From NCBI GenBank assembly GCA_964016885.1, contig OZ024746.1, forward strand, positions 98,518,001-98,582,000: a DNA stretch of 64,000 nt. Direction: 5' to 3'. The translations under genes and the position numbers were made by a program. Shown piece after piece: positions 37,424-51,048 of the stretch; the stretch's first letter is position 1, and each line of letters opens with the position of its first letter. The DNA comes from Eledone cirrhosa. Lineage: Eukaryota. The notes beneath the pieces are model-generated. The model saw only the letters and a program-made list of their open reading frames with translations, was not told where the DNA came from and made no database searches.

Positions 37424-37890
37424 CTAGCTGAGGTACCCGGTAATACCTGGGAGTGACGGTATTCCCAGTCCCCATTAAAATGCCCAAAGCCTCTCAGACC
37501 ATAAATGAAATCAAAATATAGGACAGATAATCAAAAGCGAAGACAAATTCATTTACGAAACAATAATACAAACAAATATTGTTTGCATTGGTCAGGTGAA
37601 AATATGTTTGTCAGATGTTGAGTGTTGCTATAAAGAAAAAAATAGAACACCCATTAGGGTCTCTTGATATTATTGAAATTTTGTGAATTGTCATTTACCT
37701 ATGGTTTAAATTTTATATAAATCAAAGGGAAAACATTTTCAGCAGGGGTTTGACCCCTTTGATTAAAATGAAATATAGGCAAGAAATCAAATGGGCATGA
37801 ACCCCCCCACACGTGTCGAGTTTCATCAAGATGGGTTTGGTGGTTTTTGAGTTTTAGGTTCACAAACAAACAAACAAAAAATGAGAGTAT
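37424..37890 (-). mobile_element. Non-autonomous Helitron (3' end visible)
   Basis: a|CTAG followed by GC hairpin CCCGGTAATACCTGGG; 5' end unclear. Confidence 0.55.
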
Positions 37891-38541
37891 TGTGGGGCCA
37901 TGAACCTCTGAGTTAAAGGGATTGTCATGAACTGAAGGTAGACCAGTCAAGGGACCACATCTTGCCAATGCATTCTTTTTGGGGCTTGGTTTCTATAGCT
38001 GGATTCCCCTTCTAACCCAGCCACTTTAAAGCATGTATTGGCAACATATTGGGACACCAACACTACCACTTGACAGGGTGAACTGGGTGGGCTTTACCAT
38101 AACCTCAACACCACTATCTTATAGGCTAGATTGGATGCACTTTTGGGGAGCACTAGCACTACTGCTTTACAGAGTAGGTTACCTGAATTTGATTGTGACA
38201 TTAATGGTGTTTGATGTGTTCTAAGTCAGGCCAGAGAAACAGTGATGAGTGTAGGGGTGTAAGATGGGAGTGAAGTTGGGAAGAGGTTGTCCCATAATAG
38301 GACAGCAAGCATTGAGATGTGGAGATATCACAAGTTTTGCTATGAGAGGATATGAGCTCATTGTAACAGACTAATGAAACACTCATAATTTATATAGTTG
38401 TGTATATGTAATATATAACTAGGCACAGCAGAATATAGAGTTTCACCTGTTACTAGGGGTTCTATTAACTCAGCCAATTGTGAACACCACCACAATTCTT
38501 CAGTAAATTTATATCTTCCAACATATTCTACAAGAAACATT

Positions 38542-38763
38542 TTAACCCTTTAGCATTCACATTACTCTATATATACTATTATATTTTCATGGTAAAGGCC
38601 TCACATAATATCTCACATAATATCGAATCTGTGAGATTTTGAAAGTATTTATTTTGAGAACAATACCTTAACATCAGTTTGAGTGACCAGTTACAGCCAG
38701 TTTCAACAGAAGGAGGTAGAGAATTCTGGCCAGTTTTGGCTGATTTGAACACTAAAGGGTTAA
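38542..38763 (-). mobile_element. piggyBac-type MITE family 1, complete
   Basis: TTAA-CCCTTTAG...CTAAAGGG-TTAA. Confidence 0.9.
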
Positions 38764-39171
38764 GTTATAATATTAGGAATAAAATAATGAATCATTTGAG
38801 TAAATCCTTAAAAATTCTGCATTAATTAATTGAGAGTGGTAAGAAACTCTCAGAACTGGACAGCAGAAGGTCTTCAGAGAAGACCCCCCCCCTACACACA
38901 CACACACACACACACACCTCAAGCGAGTGTTTTGACCCTTAACTTCTTACACTCTAAGGGGGTCAGGCCGCAACCAGGTCATGACTCCTAGGTGCCCTTC
39001 TGCTGACATTTAGCCATTTGGAAATCATAGACTTGCTGTGTATTGAAACTGTATGGAGATTTTGTTGACAGGATCTAGCTGGAACTACTTTCCATTGCTT
39101 CTGCTTTCAAACATTTTCTTGAGTTGGAAAACAACATTGTATATTTCATTATGAATACAGTAATGAAAGGA

Positions 39172-40365
39172 TTAACCCCTTAGCATTTAAATCAACCATA
39201 TCCAGTCAAAATTCTCTCACCTCTTTCTGTTCAAACCGACTGGAACTGGCCGCTCATACTGATGTTAAGGTAGTGTTCTCAAAATAAATAATTTCAAAAT
39301 CCCATAGATTTGATGTTCATCATCATCATCATCACCGTTTTACGTCCGTTCTTCCACGCTAGCATGGGTTAGACGGGTTGTCCTGTTGTGGGCAGTGTCT
39401 GGTCGGCTGACCATGCCTTGCTCATACAGGAACTGATCTGGCTTGATTTCTACAGCTGGATGCCCTTCCTAACACCAACCTCATTTACAGTGAGTGCTGG
39501 GTGCTTTTTCGTGGCGCCTACACGTCCACTTTACAGTGTGGGCTGGGTGCTTTTTTGCCGTGGCACCTCCACGACCACCTTGCGGTGGTGGGGGGGGGGG
39601 GCATATTGTTTATATGCTTCAGCATGTACCCATGGGAGGTCGGGTACCCTGTATTACTGCGTGACGCCAGAAGTCACGGTCGTGTGTCATTGACTTTGAG
39701 AGGTGTAGTTGGGTAAGGTCGGCTTTTATCACCTCATCCCAAGTCATCTTGGGTCTCCCCACTCCGCGGTTTCCATCAACTTCTAGTGCTCTGCACCTTT
39801 TTATGCAGCTGTCATCCTTCATACGCATCACATGTCCATACCAGCGTAACCGCCTCTCCTGCACGCAGCATTTGATTCCTCTTATGCTCAGTCTCTCTCT
39901 CAATTCATTTATGCTTTGTCGTTCACGTATATTACTGTTACACATCCATCGGAGCATGCAGGCTTCGTTTCTCTCTAATCTACGTAAGTCTTCCACCTTC
40001 AGCGCCCAGGTCTCACTACCATGCAACATCGCTGTTCGGATACACGCATCATACAGTCTGCCTTTCATTCTGAGGGAGAAGCCTTTTGCAGCTAGCAGTG
40101 GTAGTAGTTCCCTAAACTTCTTCCATCCCGTTCTTACCCTAGTTATTGTACTTTCTGAGCACCCACCTCCGTTGCTAATTCGGTCACCTAGGTAGCAGAA
40201 GCTGTCTACTGTTTCTACAGGGCCCTCCCAGAGATTGGTGGTACTTGTTTCCTGTGGCTGTTTGCTTGCTGTTTCACATGTTATGTGAGATAATTGTGTG
40301 AGGTAAAGCCTTTATCATGAAAATATAATAGTAAATATAGAGTAATGTAAATGCTAAAGGGTTAA
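39172..40365 (+). mobile_element. MITE family 1 split by an RTE insertion
   Basis: Left half 39172-39317 and right half 40278-40365; ATGTT duplicated at the break. Confidence 0.88.
39318..40277 (-). mobile_element. 5'-truncated RTE family-2 LINE with long 3'UTR and (GAT)n tail
   Basis: ORF 39619-40068 KGRLYDACIRTAMLHGSETW...RRLRWYGHVMRM...GRPKMTW; 5-bp TSD ATGTT. Confidence 0.92.
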
Positions 40366-41157
40366 TGTTGGTTGTGGTGATAATCCAGACACATTTGAAA
40401 AGATTGGATGTTGGAAAATTGTTCTGCATGCATAAGTAGTAACTAGTGGGGTGCACAAACTTGTTAGTATTTAGTAACAGTACCTTTTAACTATCCTACA
40501 GCAACTAGTTATTAATAGCAACAGTGGAAGTCTCCTAACAGTTCTTTGATCTAGTATAAAGTGAGAAAGATTTCTGTAGTATCAGCTTAGTTATGGCAGC
40601 AGTATCTATGGGCTTTCTCATGCTTTTGTGAACTTATCTTTGATTATCAGATTTGTCATCATAGCCAGTAAGCTGAATAACTTTTATGGTTTATATAGAA
40701 TTTCATTTCCTTACATTTGTTCATAGTTAAATATTCCATGACCATATAATCTCTAACGGTGTTCAGTCTTAAGAAAAGAATTTGGGGATTTGAAGTAGAA
40801 GCAGAAAGCCATACACATTTATCAGCAAGGTGTATCTGTCAACATTTAAAATGTGTCAGACACTGAATAATGTTAATAAAGAAAACCTATGTTGGCTTTG
40901 AACAGGTCATAGAGAATGTTCTTATGGAAGCCATCCATAATACCTACATTACCTGTAGATATTATACTGACCCATGTATAGTGAAAGGTAAAAATCAACT
41001 CCAGAGGGATTTGAACATAGAAAGTAAAGAGATGTTATTAAATGCCTAAAAATGTTTTCTAGATTAAAGAAGGTAAAGAAATATTAATTTACTGGTTACT
41101 TAGGAGCCACACCGCTGAATAAAATTGTTGGAATTATTTTTACACCTTAAAAATGGT

Positions 41158-41517
41158 TTAACCCTTTAGCATTTACATTACTCTATATTTACTATTGTAT
41201 TTTCACAGTAAAGGCTTTACCTCACATAATATCTCACATAACATTTAAATTACTCTATATATACTATTGTATTGTCACAGTAAAGGCTTTACCTCACATA
41301 ATATCTCACATAACATTTACATTACTCTATATTTACTATTGTATTGTCACAGTAAAGGCTTTATCTCACATAATATCGAATCGATGAGATTTTAATATTA
41401 TTCATTTTAAGAACAATATCTTAACATCAGTATGAGTGGTCGGTTATAGCCGGTTTGAACAGAAAAATGTGAGAGAATTCTGGTCAGTTACAACTGGTTT
41501 AAATGCTAAAGGGTTAA
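41158..41517 (-). mobile_element. MITE family 1 with internal tandem triplication
   Basis: TTAA ends; ATTACTCTATAT...CTCACATAA block three times. Confidence 0.85.
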
Positions 41518-41799
41518 TGCATGTCAACCTCCATCCGGCAGACCTATGATTAAATGCATTCAAGCCCTGGCTATCCTATTAATTTGAAAACATAGTGAAT
41601 GTAAGGTTACGTCATCCAAATTGCCCTTCCTTTTTGTAGATTGTAATATGTGATTTAGAAAAATTTTTAGCTGCTATATCTAGCAGAATGAATACTCACT
41701 TTGTTAGCAGAAAAAACCATTTGTCTATGTATGTTTATATATCATTCAAACTGTGGGTTTGCATGTAATCTCTCGTTTTAGATGGAACCATTAAATAAT

Positions 41800-41992
41800 A
41801 ATAATTGTTTCTACTTTTGGCACAAGGCCAGCAATTATCCCAGTGTATTACTGGTACTTTATTTTATCGACCCCATAAGGATGAAAGGCAAAGTTAACCT
41901 CGGCCGGATTGGAACTCAGACCGTAAAGGGCCGTAACTCTATGCTGCAAGGCATGGTGTCTGACCCTCTACCGATACTCCCAATCCACTGCC
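41800..41992 (-). mobile_element. SINE family A copy
   Basis: Matches family; (AAT)n tail. Confidence 0.88.
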
Positions 41993-42587
41993 CTGAAAAT
42001 AAATATCAAAATCTCATAGATTCAATATTATTTTAGATAATTATGTAAGGTAAAGCCTTTACCATGAAAATATAATAGTAAATAGAGAGTAATGTAAGTG
42101 GTAAAGGATTCAAGGGTTGCTTCAATGACTCTTATACAGATGGTGTTTATTTCTGAGCATTAGGTTCCAAAACCTCTTTGGATGAGTAAATTAATGAACA
42201 GACACTTTTCTTAAGTACTTCCTCAAACTACTTCTTTCTCACTAAACATTGCTATTAGTGAAGTAGATAGTAATTAGACTCCAGACTACCCTGTTAGAAC
42301 AGATGGGGTTTTTTATTATCTATTTTTATGTATCTAAGTCTTGTTGTTTTATAGCATCAAATTTTGTTAATCTTTTGTGTTACACGTTTATCTCTTCAGC
42401 TATCCTTGCCTGATTCTAATATGGTTTTATTTTGCACTTGCCTATACAACTAGCTATTAAAATGGTTGATGTGAAACAAGCTTCATGTATACTGTATGAA
42501 AGTTCTTTTGAATCTTATATAATTGAAAACATCTATCCAGATGATTAGCTGTATCACAGATTTCATTATTTCCACCTATGTATTAGG

Positions 42588-42965
42588 GCGGTTGGTTAGC
42601 AGTATTGGTTGAGCGTTGGACACCATGCTTTACGCTGTTAACTTTGCCTTTCATCCTTACAGAGTCCATGAAATAAAGTACCAGTAATGCACTGGGGTCA
42701 ATTTAACCCTTTAGCATGTAAACCAGCCATATCCGGCCAGAATTCTCTCCCTTCTTTCTGTTCAAATCAACTGTAACTCATACTGATGTTAAGGTATTGT
42801 TCTCAAAATAAATAACATTAAAATCTCATAGATTCAATATTATGTGAGGTAAAGCCTTGACCATAAAAATACAATAGTATATATAGAGTAATATAAATGC
42901 TAAAGGGTTAATCGACTTTCTCCTCCCCCAAAATTGCTTGCCTTGTGCTTCAATTAGAAACCATT
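42588..42965 (+). mobile_element. SINE A interrupted by a MITE family 1 copy (42703-42911) at a duplicated TTAA
   Basis: GTCAAT-TTAA[MITE]TTAA-TCGACT restores the SINE consensus. Confidence 0.9.
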
Positions 42966-43560
42966 ATTTCAGCCTATCTGACTGAGTCTGGTCTCATTAT
43001 TCAAGTCTATTTGATAACTTGGACCTTATCCAACATCATTAGTTTATGATCCACTTCTCATCTTTCAGATAGTCTTGGATAAGACCAACTTAATTATTAA
43101 TATTGGATATGATACAGGATATTCCTTGATCAGAACATTAACACTTTCAATGGTTTTATGCCACAAAGCTGCTTATATATATCTAAAAATCTTGCATCAT
43201 TATTTTATGTAAGAACCTTTAAGTTATGCTCCAAACACCAGCATGATAGTGAGAAAGTTATATTATTAAATCCCTCCAAATTCTTGTTGATTTCAAACAT
43301 ATTTGAAAATCATAGGCAGTATCCGTCATTAGAAATATGGTAAGGAAAGGATTAAGGTAACCCTTTCTCTCTTGGAAACCCAAGATGGCACCTTGGGGCA
43401 AGTATTAATAGTCTTTGTTTTCTATGTCAGAGGTGTGGAGTAGGCAGATGTGAGTATTCTACTTTCAGCAGCTTCTGATAGACGATGGCTGTGACAGCTT
43501 GTGATAGACGATGACTGTAACAGTTTGCTATCTGCAATATTATTGAACCCTGGCATTGGA

Positions 43561-43966
43561 TTAACCCTTTACCATTTACATTACTTTGTATTTACTATTA
43601 TATTTTCATGGTAAACACTTTATTTCACATAATTATCTCACATAATATTGAATCTATGGGATTTTGATATTATTTATTTTGAGATCAATACCTTAACACC
43701 AGTATGAGTTGCCGATTACGAGTTTGAACAGAAACAGGTGAGAGAATTCTGGCCGGATATGACATTTAAACCGGCTGTATCCGGCCAGAATTCTCTCACC
43801 TCTTTCTGTTCAAACTGGCCCTAACCGGCTGCTCATACTTGTGTTAAGGTATTGTTCTCAAAATAGATAATATCAAAATCTCGTAGATTTGATATTATGT
43901 GAAATAAAATGTTTACTATGAAAATATAATAGTAAATATAGAGTAATGTGAATGGTAAGGGGTTAA
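43561..43966. mobile_element. Palindromic head-to-head MITE family 1 dimer
   Basis: Same MITE terminus with TTAA at both outer ends; arms ~190 bp. Confidence 0.85.
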
Positions 43967-44165
43967 AAAAAAATAATACTATTGTATGAATAAATTCTTA
44001 ATGTTTAGTTTTTCTTAAGTGTAGGAGTTGGTAAATTCTTTTAAAATAATGATTCAGTCAACCTTAACAAACATGAAACCTTAGAATCCCACCATTTGTT
44101 GTACATGAGAAGCCATTCATATGTTCTTAAAGTTACACAGCAAACCTTGTAGTACAGAATACTTA

Positions 44166-44380
44166 TCAACCCTTTACCATTTACATTACTCTATATATAC
44201 TATTGTATTTTCACAGAAAAGGCTTTACCTCACATAATATCGAATCTATGAAATTTTGATATTATTTATTTTGAGAACAATACCTTAACACCAGTATGAG
44301 CGGCCAGTTACAGCCAGTTTGAACAGAAAGAGGTGAGAGAATCTGCCATGATATGGCCGGTTTAAATGCTAAAGTGTTAA
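44166..44380 (-). mobile_element. MITE family 1 copy
   Basis: Family match, slightly degenerate ends. Confidence 0.85.
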
Positions 44381-44544
44381 CTGTTTTGATATGCTAAAAG
44401 AGTTTAGCCAGTACATATGGGCAATACATCTTTGTTCTAAAATGCAGACAATTAAAACTAGTTTGGTCAGCCATTATTGGGCAATAGGACATGTATGGTA
44501 AGTGGCCAAATAGTTTAGATGTCTTATCAAGTGTGTTTTGATAT

Positions 44545-45238
44545 TCTCTCTCTTTCACTCACTTTCCCCATCTCTCACTATTATAAATAAATGGCAACCC
44601 ACACACTGGCTGCCGTAGTGTTTACCTGGAAGATGGTGAGGGAGACACATTGGCAGAGCCATTCCAGCTTACGAGGCTCACACCTGTGGGTACTCAACTC
44701 CGTGCCGATGGTGGTGAATAGGGAGGTGGTCCTAGGGTCAAGGACACCAGAAGTCTCTACTGCTATGGGGTGCTGATGGTGGTGAGTAGGGAGGTGGTCC
44801 TAGGGCCAAGGACACCAGAAGTCTCTACTGCTATGAGGTGCTGATGGTGGTGAGTAGGGAGGTGGTCCTAGGGCCAAGGACACCAGAAGTCTCTACTGCT
44901 ATCGTGTGCTGATGGTGGTGAGTAGGGAGGTGGTCCTAGGGCCAAGGACACCAGAAGTCTCCATTGCTACAGGGTGCTGATGGTGGTGAGTAGGGAGGTG
45001 GTCCTAGGGCCAAGGACACCAGAAGTCTCTACTGCTACGGGGTGCTGATGGTGGTGAGTAGAGAGGTGGTCCTAGGGCCAAGGACACCAGAAGTCTCCAC
45101 TGCTAGGGGCTTGACCGCAAACCTGTTGGAGAGCGGTCAATATTTCAAGAGTTTACCCTCCTTGGCCCGAAGTGCAGCAGAGCCTGGATTAGTTGCAGAC
45201 AGCACCAGGTTGCCACTGGAGAACGTCTCGCAGCATGC
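44545..45238 (-). mobile_element. CRE-like LINE fragment containing six tandem 68-bp units (44702-45108)
   Basis: Homologous to 35240-35712; unit starts 44702, 44770, 44838, 44906, 44974, 45042. Confidence 0.85.
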
Positions 45239-46560
45239 CAAGATTGAATTTATTCAATTGAAAATAAACATAGATTGCTTGCAGTAATCATGAGTATTTA
45301 AATCAGACATTACTCATCTCTACTCGTTAGATATTTATGTAACATATTTTTAAGATTATTTACTTTTTATTTGCTTAGTTTCTTCTTTGTTAATCTTATT
45401 TGGAAACTTAACTATTTTTTATCTATGCATGCTTGGCTGTTTGTTAAATATATACCATACAACACAACTATCTTTTATTTCTGTAACCTCACCTGAAATT
45501 ATAGGTGCAGATAAAATGCCTGGCAGTTTAGTTATGAAGCATAACTTATGATTGAGGAAAATTTCCCTTTACATTAGGAGTTCAATTCTTGCTAGGGTTC
45601 ACTTTCGATTTCATCTTTCCTAGGTTGATAAAATAGTTAGCAGTTAAATACGGGGGTTGACTTAACTGTTTGTATATAGTTTCTGTGTGGTCTCCATAAG
45701 AACATAGAAGTGATTCTTTATGACCTGTTCAAAGCCAATATAGGTTTCCTTTATTAACATTATTCAGTGCCTGATACATTTTAACCCTTTACCATTTACA
45801 TTACTCTCTATATTCTAGTGCATTTTCACAGTAAAGGCTTTACCTTACATAATTATCTCACATAATATCAAATCTATGAGATTATGATATTTATTTTGAG
45901 AACAATACCTTAACATAAGTATGAGTGTCCAGTTATGATCAGTTTTAACAGAAAGAGGTGAGAGAATTCTGGCTGGATATGGCCAGTTTAAAATCCAACT
46001 AAAACCTGCTCTGATTCTATGAAATAAAACCACCCATTATAAAGGTTTTCAATTTAAATTAAAATCTTCCAACTAGATTTTATATAAGAACCTTACATTA
46101 AGTTACTATCTTTGTAATGAAATAATTAATAATTTTAGTCATTCTCTTAAAATCCTTCATTAATTAATTGGAATAGTGTATTTCATTAGAAATAGGGTAC
46201 ATGAAAAGGTTAATTCTTTAGTATTTACATTACTCTACTATTATATTTTTGTGGTAAAGGCTTTATCTCACATAGTTATCTCAGATAATATGGAATCTAT
46301 GAGATTGTGATGATATTATTTATTTTGAAAACAATACCTTAATGTCAGTATGAGTGGCTGGTTATGGCTAGTTTGAATAGAAAGAGGTGAGAGAATTTTG
46401 GCCAGATATGGCAGGGTTAAATAGTAAGTAGAGGACTGAAATTTGAGAGCTTACCCCCTTAAATTCATCTCCAAATTTTCTCACCTTTGACTAATTACAT
46501 TGTTGCTGAATGATTTTACTTGCAATAAATTTGGAATGTAATCTATATGTATTATTTTCT

Positions 46561-46740
46561 CGGCAGTATCGGTAGAGGGTCGGACGCCATGCTTTCCAGC
46601 ATAGTTACGTCCCTTTACGATCTGAGTTCAAATCCCGCCGAGGTTGACTTTGCCTTTCATCCTTACGGGGTCGATAAAATAAAGTACCAGTAATGTACTG
46701 GATAATTGCTGGCCTTGTGCCTAAAGTAGAAACAATTATT
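46561..46740 (+). mobile_element. SINE family A copy
   Basis: Family match. Confidence 0.88.
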
Positions 46741-48855
46741 TTCTCAGATGCTAATTCATCTGTTTTCCAATTTCCCCCAATGTTGTATTATATCTGAATT
46801 ATAATCTCACTGGGGACAGTAAAATAAGTTTCAACAATTAACTAGACTTCTCTCTTATTTTCTTATTGAGTATATCATATAAACTACATATATTAATAAA
46901 TATTACATTTGAAGCCAAATAGAAAGTATCTTCACAATACTAGAAATATTGGGTTGTCAAAGTATGAAATTTTGAAAAAAAATGTTTGTTTTTTTCTACA
47001 AATTTCATACTTGTCCACCCAATACTAACTATATGTGTCACAAGATTTTTGAATAATTGTAATTTTAGATACATAAACCCTTTTGATACCAGCCTGGCCA
47101 AAACTGGTTCAGGTTTTATGAAACAAAACCACAAAGAGTTCTATTTAACTCAAAACCCTCCAACATAATTTCATTAAACAACCTTATGTTATGTAACTAT
47201 TTTAGTAATAAGATAATTAATAATTTTTGTAGATCGTTCAAAATTCTTCATTGATTAATTGAAATGCAGGATATTTCATTAGAATTACAGTCATGGAAGG
47301 TCTCTTTGGTCAAGGCTGACTGGAGAATAAATAGCTACCACAGTTGTATTTCTTTTTAAACAAATTTGAAGTAAAGTCAAGTTTTGTAACCCATTGGGTC
47401 ATTGGTCAGCTCTGAAGGCTTCATTGTAACCTTTCATTACTGTATTTCTAATGAGATACACTGTATTTGAATAAATTTATGAAGAATTTGGAGGGATTTA
47501 CTAAAATTACTATTTCAATATTAAGATAGTACCTGTAACATAACATTTGGTCCTTATAATGAAGTTATCATCATCAATACCATTTTACATCTGCTTTTCA
47601 TGGGTTGGATGGATTTTGGTATTATTTATTTTGAGAATAATACCTTAACATCAGTATAAGTTGCTAGTTATGACCAGTTTGAACAGAAAGAGGTGAGATA
47701 ATTCTGGCCGGATATGACTGGTTTAAATGTTTATGGGTTAAATTCTTATAAGCGAGGTGGGGGGGGGGGTATAATTGTATAGTGTACATTTGTAAATATG
47801 AGATTTCCTGTAATGTTGTTTTTATGTCATATATAATGTTTTATTAATGTAAAATAAGGTTGTTGGATTGGCAGTATCAGGAGAGGGTCAGACGCCATGC
47901 TTTGCAGCATAGAGTTACGGCCCTTTTCGGTCTGAGTTCAAATCCTGCTGAGGTTAACTTTTCCTTTCATCCTTACAGGGTCGATAAAATCTGAAAAAAT
48001 CTGAAAAATTAATAATCTGGTGGTGGTGTTTATTCAAAACCTCAGAGTATCTAATGAAAGCAGTGGATATGTTGACTTAGTCACCACTGTGGCTGTTGTG
48101 ACCTTGTTTTCTCTTAACTGTCATTCATGATAAGACAATGTACATTGAGTTAATTGCTAAACTGATAAACATATCTAGGTGTAAACTAGTTTTATTTCAC
48201 ACATGATAGATGTAAGGTAGCAAATAGTGTTAGATTTTCTCAGATTTTCTCATATACTTCATATGGACAACTCAGATTATAGAATTTCATGGTATGAAAA
48301 AGTTCTTGGTGAGTTTTTCTTTTTTCTTTCTACTCAGCCTGATAACTAAAATCACCATCACACAATCCATGCCAGCATCGGTTAGATAAGTCATCACACT
48401 CTGAGTCATTCTTTATTTGGAGTTACTGCCCTCCAAAGTGGCTAGAGATCCCCATCTTGCTTATAAGTTCCATTTTTGGCATGTGGTCTTTCTAAAATCC
48501 GCCCCCATTACAGAATCTACCGGTTGTATTTTATGAGATCCCCACTAAAGGGGTTGTATTGTCCTCAGCATATCTGAAAGGTTGTTTCTACCTTCTCTTG
48601 TTTCCCTTAATTTGCTAACCACTTTACATAGTGTGGCACCAGCACTTGAGTGTGTGTGTGGTAGAGTCCCTCTTTATTGTATGTTGTCTCTGTTCCTTCT
48701 AGACATGATTGAGAGATAAAGGAGAGAATTTGTGCAAGAGGATGACAGAAGAGTTTGTAATACAAGAGGGACAATGAAAGGTAGTTTCATGTTGGTTGTT
48801 AATAAGAAGAGTGAATAGAAAAGTCATTGTATGAGTGGTGTGATGGTACTAAGTA

Positions 48856-49023
48856 CTGTATTCCCCGGGGTCAAAGACGCTACTCTTCCCCTAAAATAAG
48901 ACTAAAAAATCTACCATGTGTCCTGGAGGCTGAAGGTTGTTTATTATTTTTTTTTCAAATTTTTGGTTGTCAAATTAGGGTGGGTCCTCGAGGATGAAGC
49001 GTCTTCGGCGCTGGGAAATACGG
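48856..49023. mobile_element. Tc1/mariner(pogo)-type MITE
   Basis: TA on both sides; ~25-bp imperfect TIRs CTGTATTCCCCGGGGTCAAAGACGC / GCGTCTTCGGCGCTGGGAAATACGG. Confidence 0.65.
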
Positions 49024-50088
49024 TAATTCATCATCGTTTTACATTTATTTTCCGTGTTGATTTTAGTTAGGCAGGTTGTCATGGTTGGATGCGACAGAGA
49101 ATCATGTCTTGTACATTTCATTTCTAGCATGGTTTCCATGGTTTCCGCAGCTGAATGCCCTTCCTAATCCCAACCAGTGCTGCGTGTACAGGCTACATTT
49201 TATCATTGCATCATTGCTATTACCTTCAGCATTTACATTACTCTACTAATATAGTTTCATGGTAAAGGCTTTATCTTACACAATATGAAATCTATGAGAT
49301 TTTGATAGTATTTATTTTGAGAACAATACCTTAATATCAGTATGAGTGGCCAGTTATGGCTGGTTTGAACAGAAAGAGCTGATAGAATTCTGGCTGGATA
49401 TGACCGATTTTAAATGGTAAAGGGTTACTGAGTGTACTGGGTACATATAGCATCAGCACTAGAGAGGTCCTCTTTACTTTGTTGTTGCAGTTTGTTCATC
49501 AACTTCCTTACATGTTGTACTAATTGTATTTTATCTTGACACTAACATTAGAATATTTGTCTTGTCCACTGTATGGTTAAATCGTGCTGGTGGACAGACA
49601 GGTCATCTCTAGCGTGGTGAGTTGCCAGTCTAAATCATCCTATGTATAAATAATTAACAGCTTGTACAAATATTTTCATAACCATAGCCATATCTTCCAT
49701 ATGAACTTGGATGAAAACTGAACATGAAATATTTAAAAATGGAAAATTAATCTTTTTTTGCTTAACAACACGTTATATATCTTCGTTGTTATGGTCTATG
49801 GTTAGAGCAATGAAATGGAAATAACAGCTTGACTGTTAGCCTTTGGCTTAATTGAATTTGAAATAAAATGTGAATTTTGTTTTTTCCGCACTAACATAGC
49901 GGATACGTAAATGCATTTGTGAGTTTTATATCAAATGATAATATTATTTGATTCTTTTGTTTTGAGTTCTGCCCCAAACAGCCCCTGGTTCCATAAAACA
50001 AAGCCACCCATTTTAAAGGGGTCCTGTTTAAATTCAAATCTTCCTACATAATTTGCAACAAAAACTTTTTGTTATATCACAAATAATC

Positions 50089-50432
50089 TTGTGGATTGTC
50101 TCTCTGTTGACCACTGGTCTCTGTCGACTGAGACATATATCATCTGCCTGTCACCCACCTTGTGGATTGTCTCTCTGTTGACCACAGATCTCTAGTCTCT
50201 GTCGACTGAGACATTATATATCATCTGCCTGTCACCCACCTTGTGGATTGTCTCTCTGTTGACCACTGGTCTCTGGTCTCTGTCGACTGAGACATATATC
50301 ATCTGCCTATCACCCACCTTGTGGATTGTCTCTCTGTTGACCACTGGTCTCTGGTCTCTGTCGACTGAGACATATATCATCTGCCTGTCACCCACCTTGT
50401 GGATTGTCTCTCTGTTCACCACAGGTCTCTGT
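50089..50432. repeat. 71-81-bp tandem repeat, ~4.4 copies
   Basis: TTGTGGATTGTCTCTCTGTT recurs at 50089, ~50160, 50241, 50319, 50397. Confidence 0.93.
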
Positions 50433-51048
50433 CTTCTGAGGCATTTTTGCCCATTATTGTCTTTGACATTGTTTAGCTGTTTTAACGGCTGTTCTAGTGA
50501 TGAGTTTTTTTTCATTTTTATATGTATTCAATCAAATACACTCTTGCTTTGTTTCAATCAGAGATAACATTGTTTTATTTTAATGATTTTTAATTTTAGC
50601 TGAAGACCAGAAATTTGGGCCAAGGGTAAGTTGATTATATGAAACCCAGTACTTAACTGGTGTTTTATTTTATCATCCTCAGAAGGATGAAAGGCAAAGT
50701 TAACCTCAGCAGGATTTGAACTCAGATAGCCAGAACAAATGCTACAAAACATTTTATCTGAAGTTGTAATGATTCTGCCATTTCCCTGCATAAACAAACA
50801 TATCTGTGCAAAACAAAGAATATGTAAATTCTTGAATGCATGTGAGTCAGAACACATTAAGATAAGTTTGGTACCTCATAAATTTGCCAAATATATTTAA
50901 TCCAGAAGATGACTAAATTTGGTTATCTATGGCACTCAGCCTATAAACCACACGCCTATTTTCAGTAAATTGCCTGTTTTAAAACAAATATATTTTATAT
51001 TATCATTTGTGTATAAACTAATTCATGTTTTGTGCTCAATATATGTGA

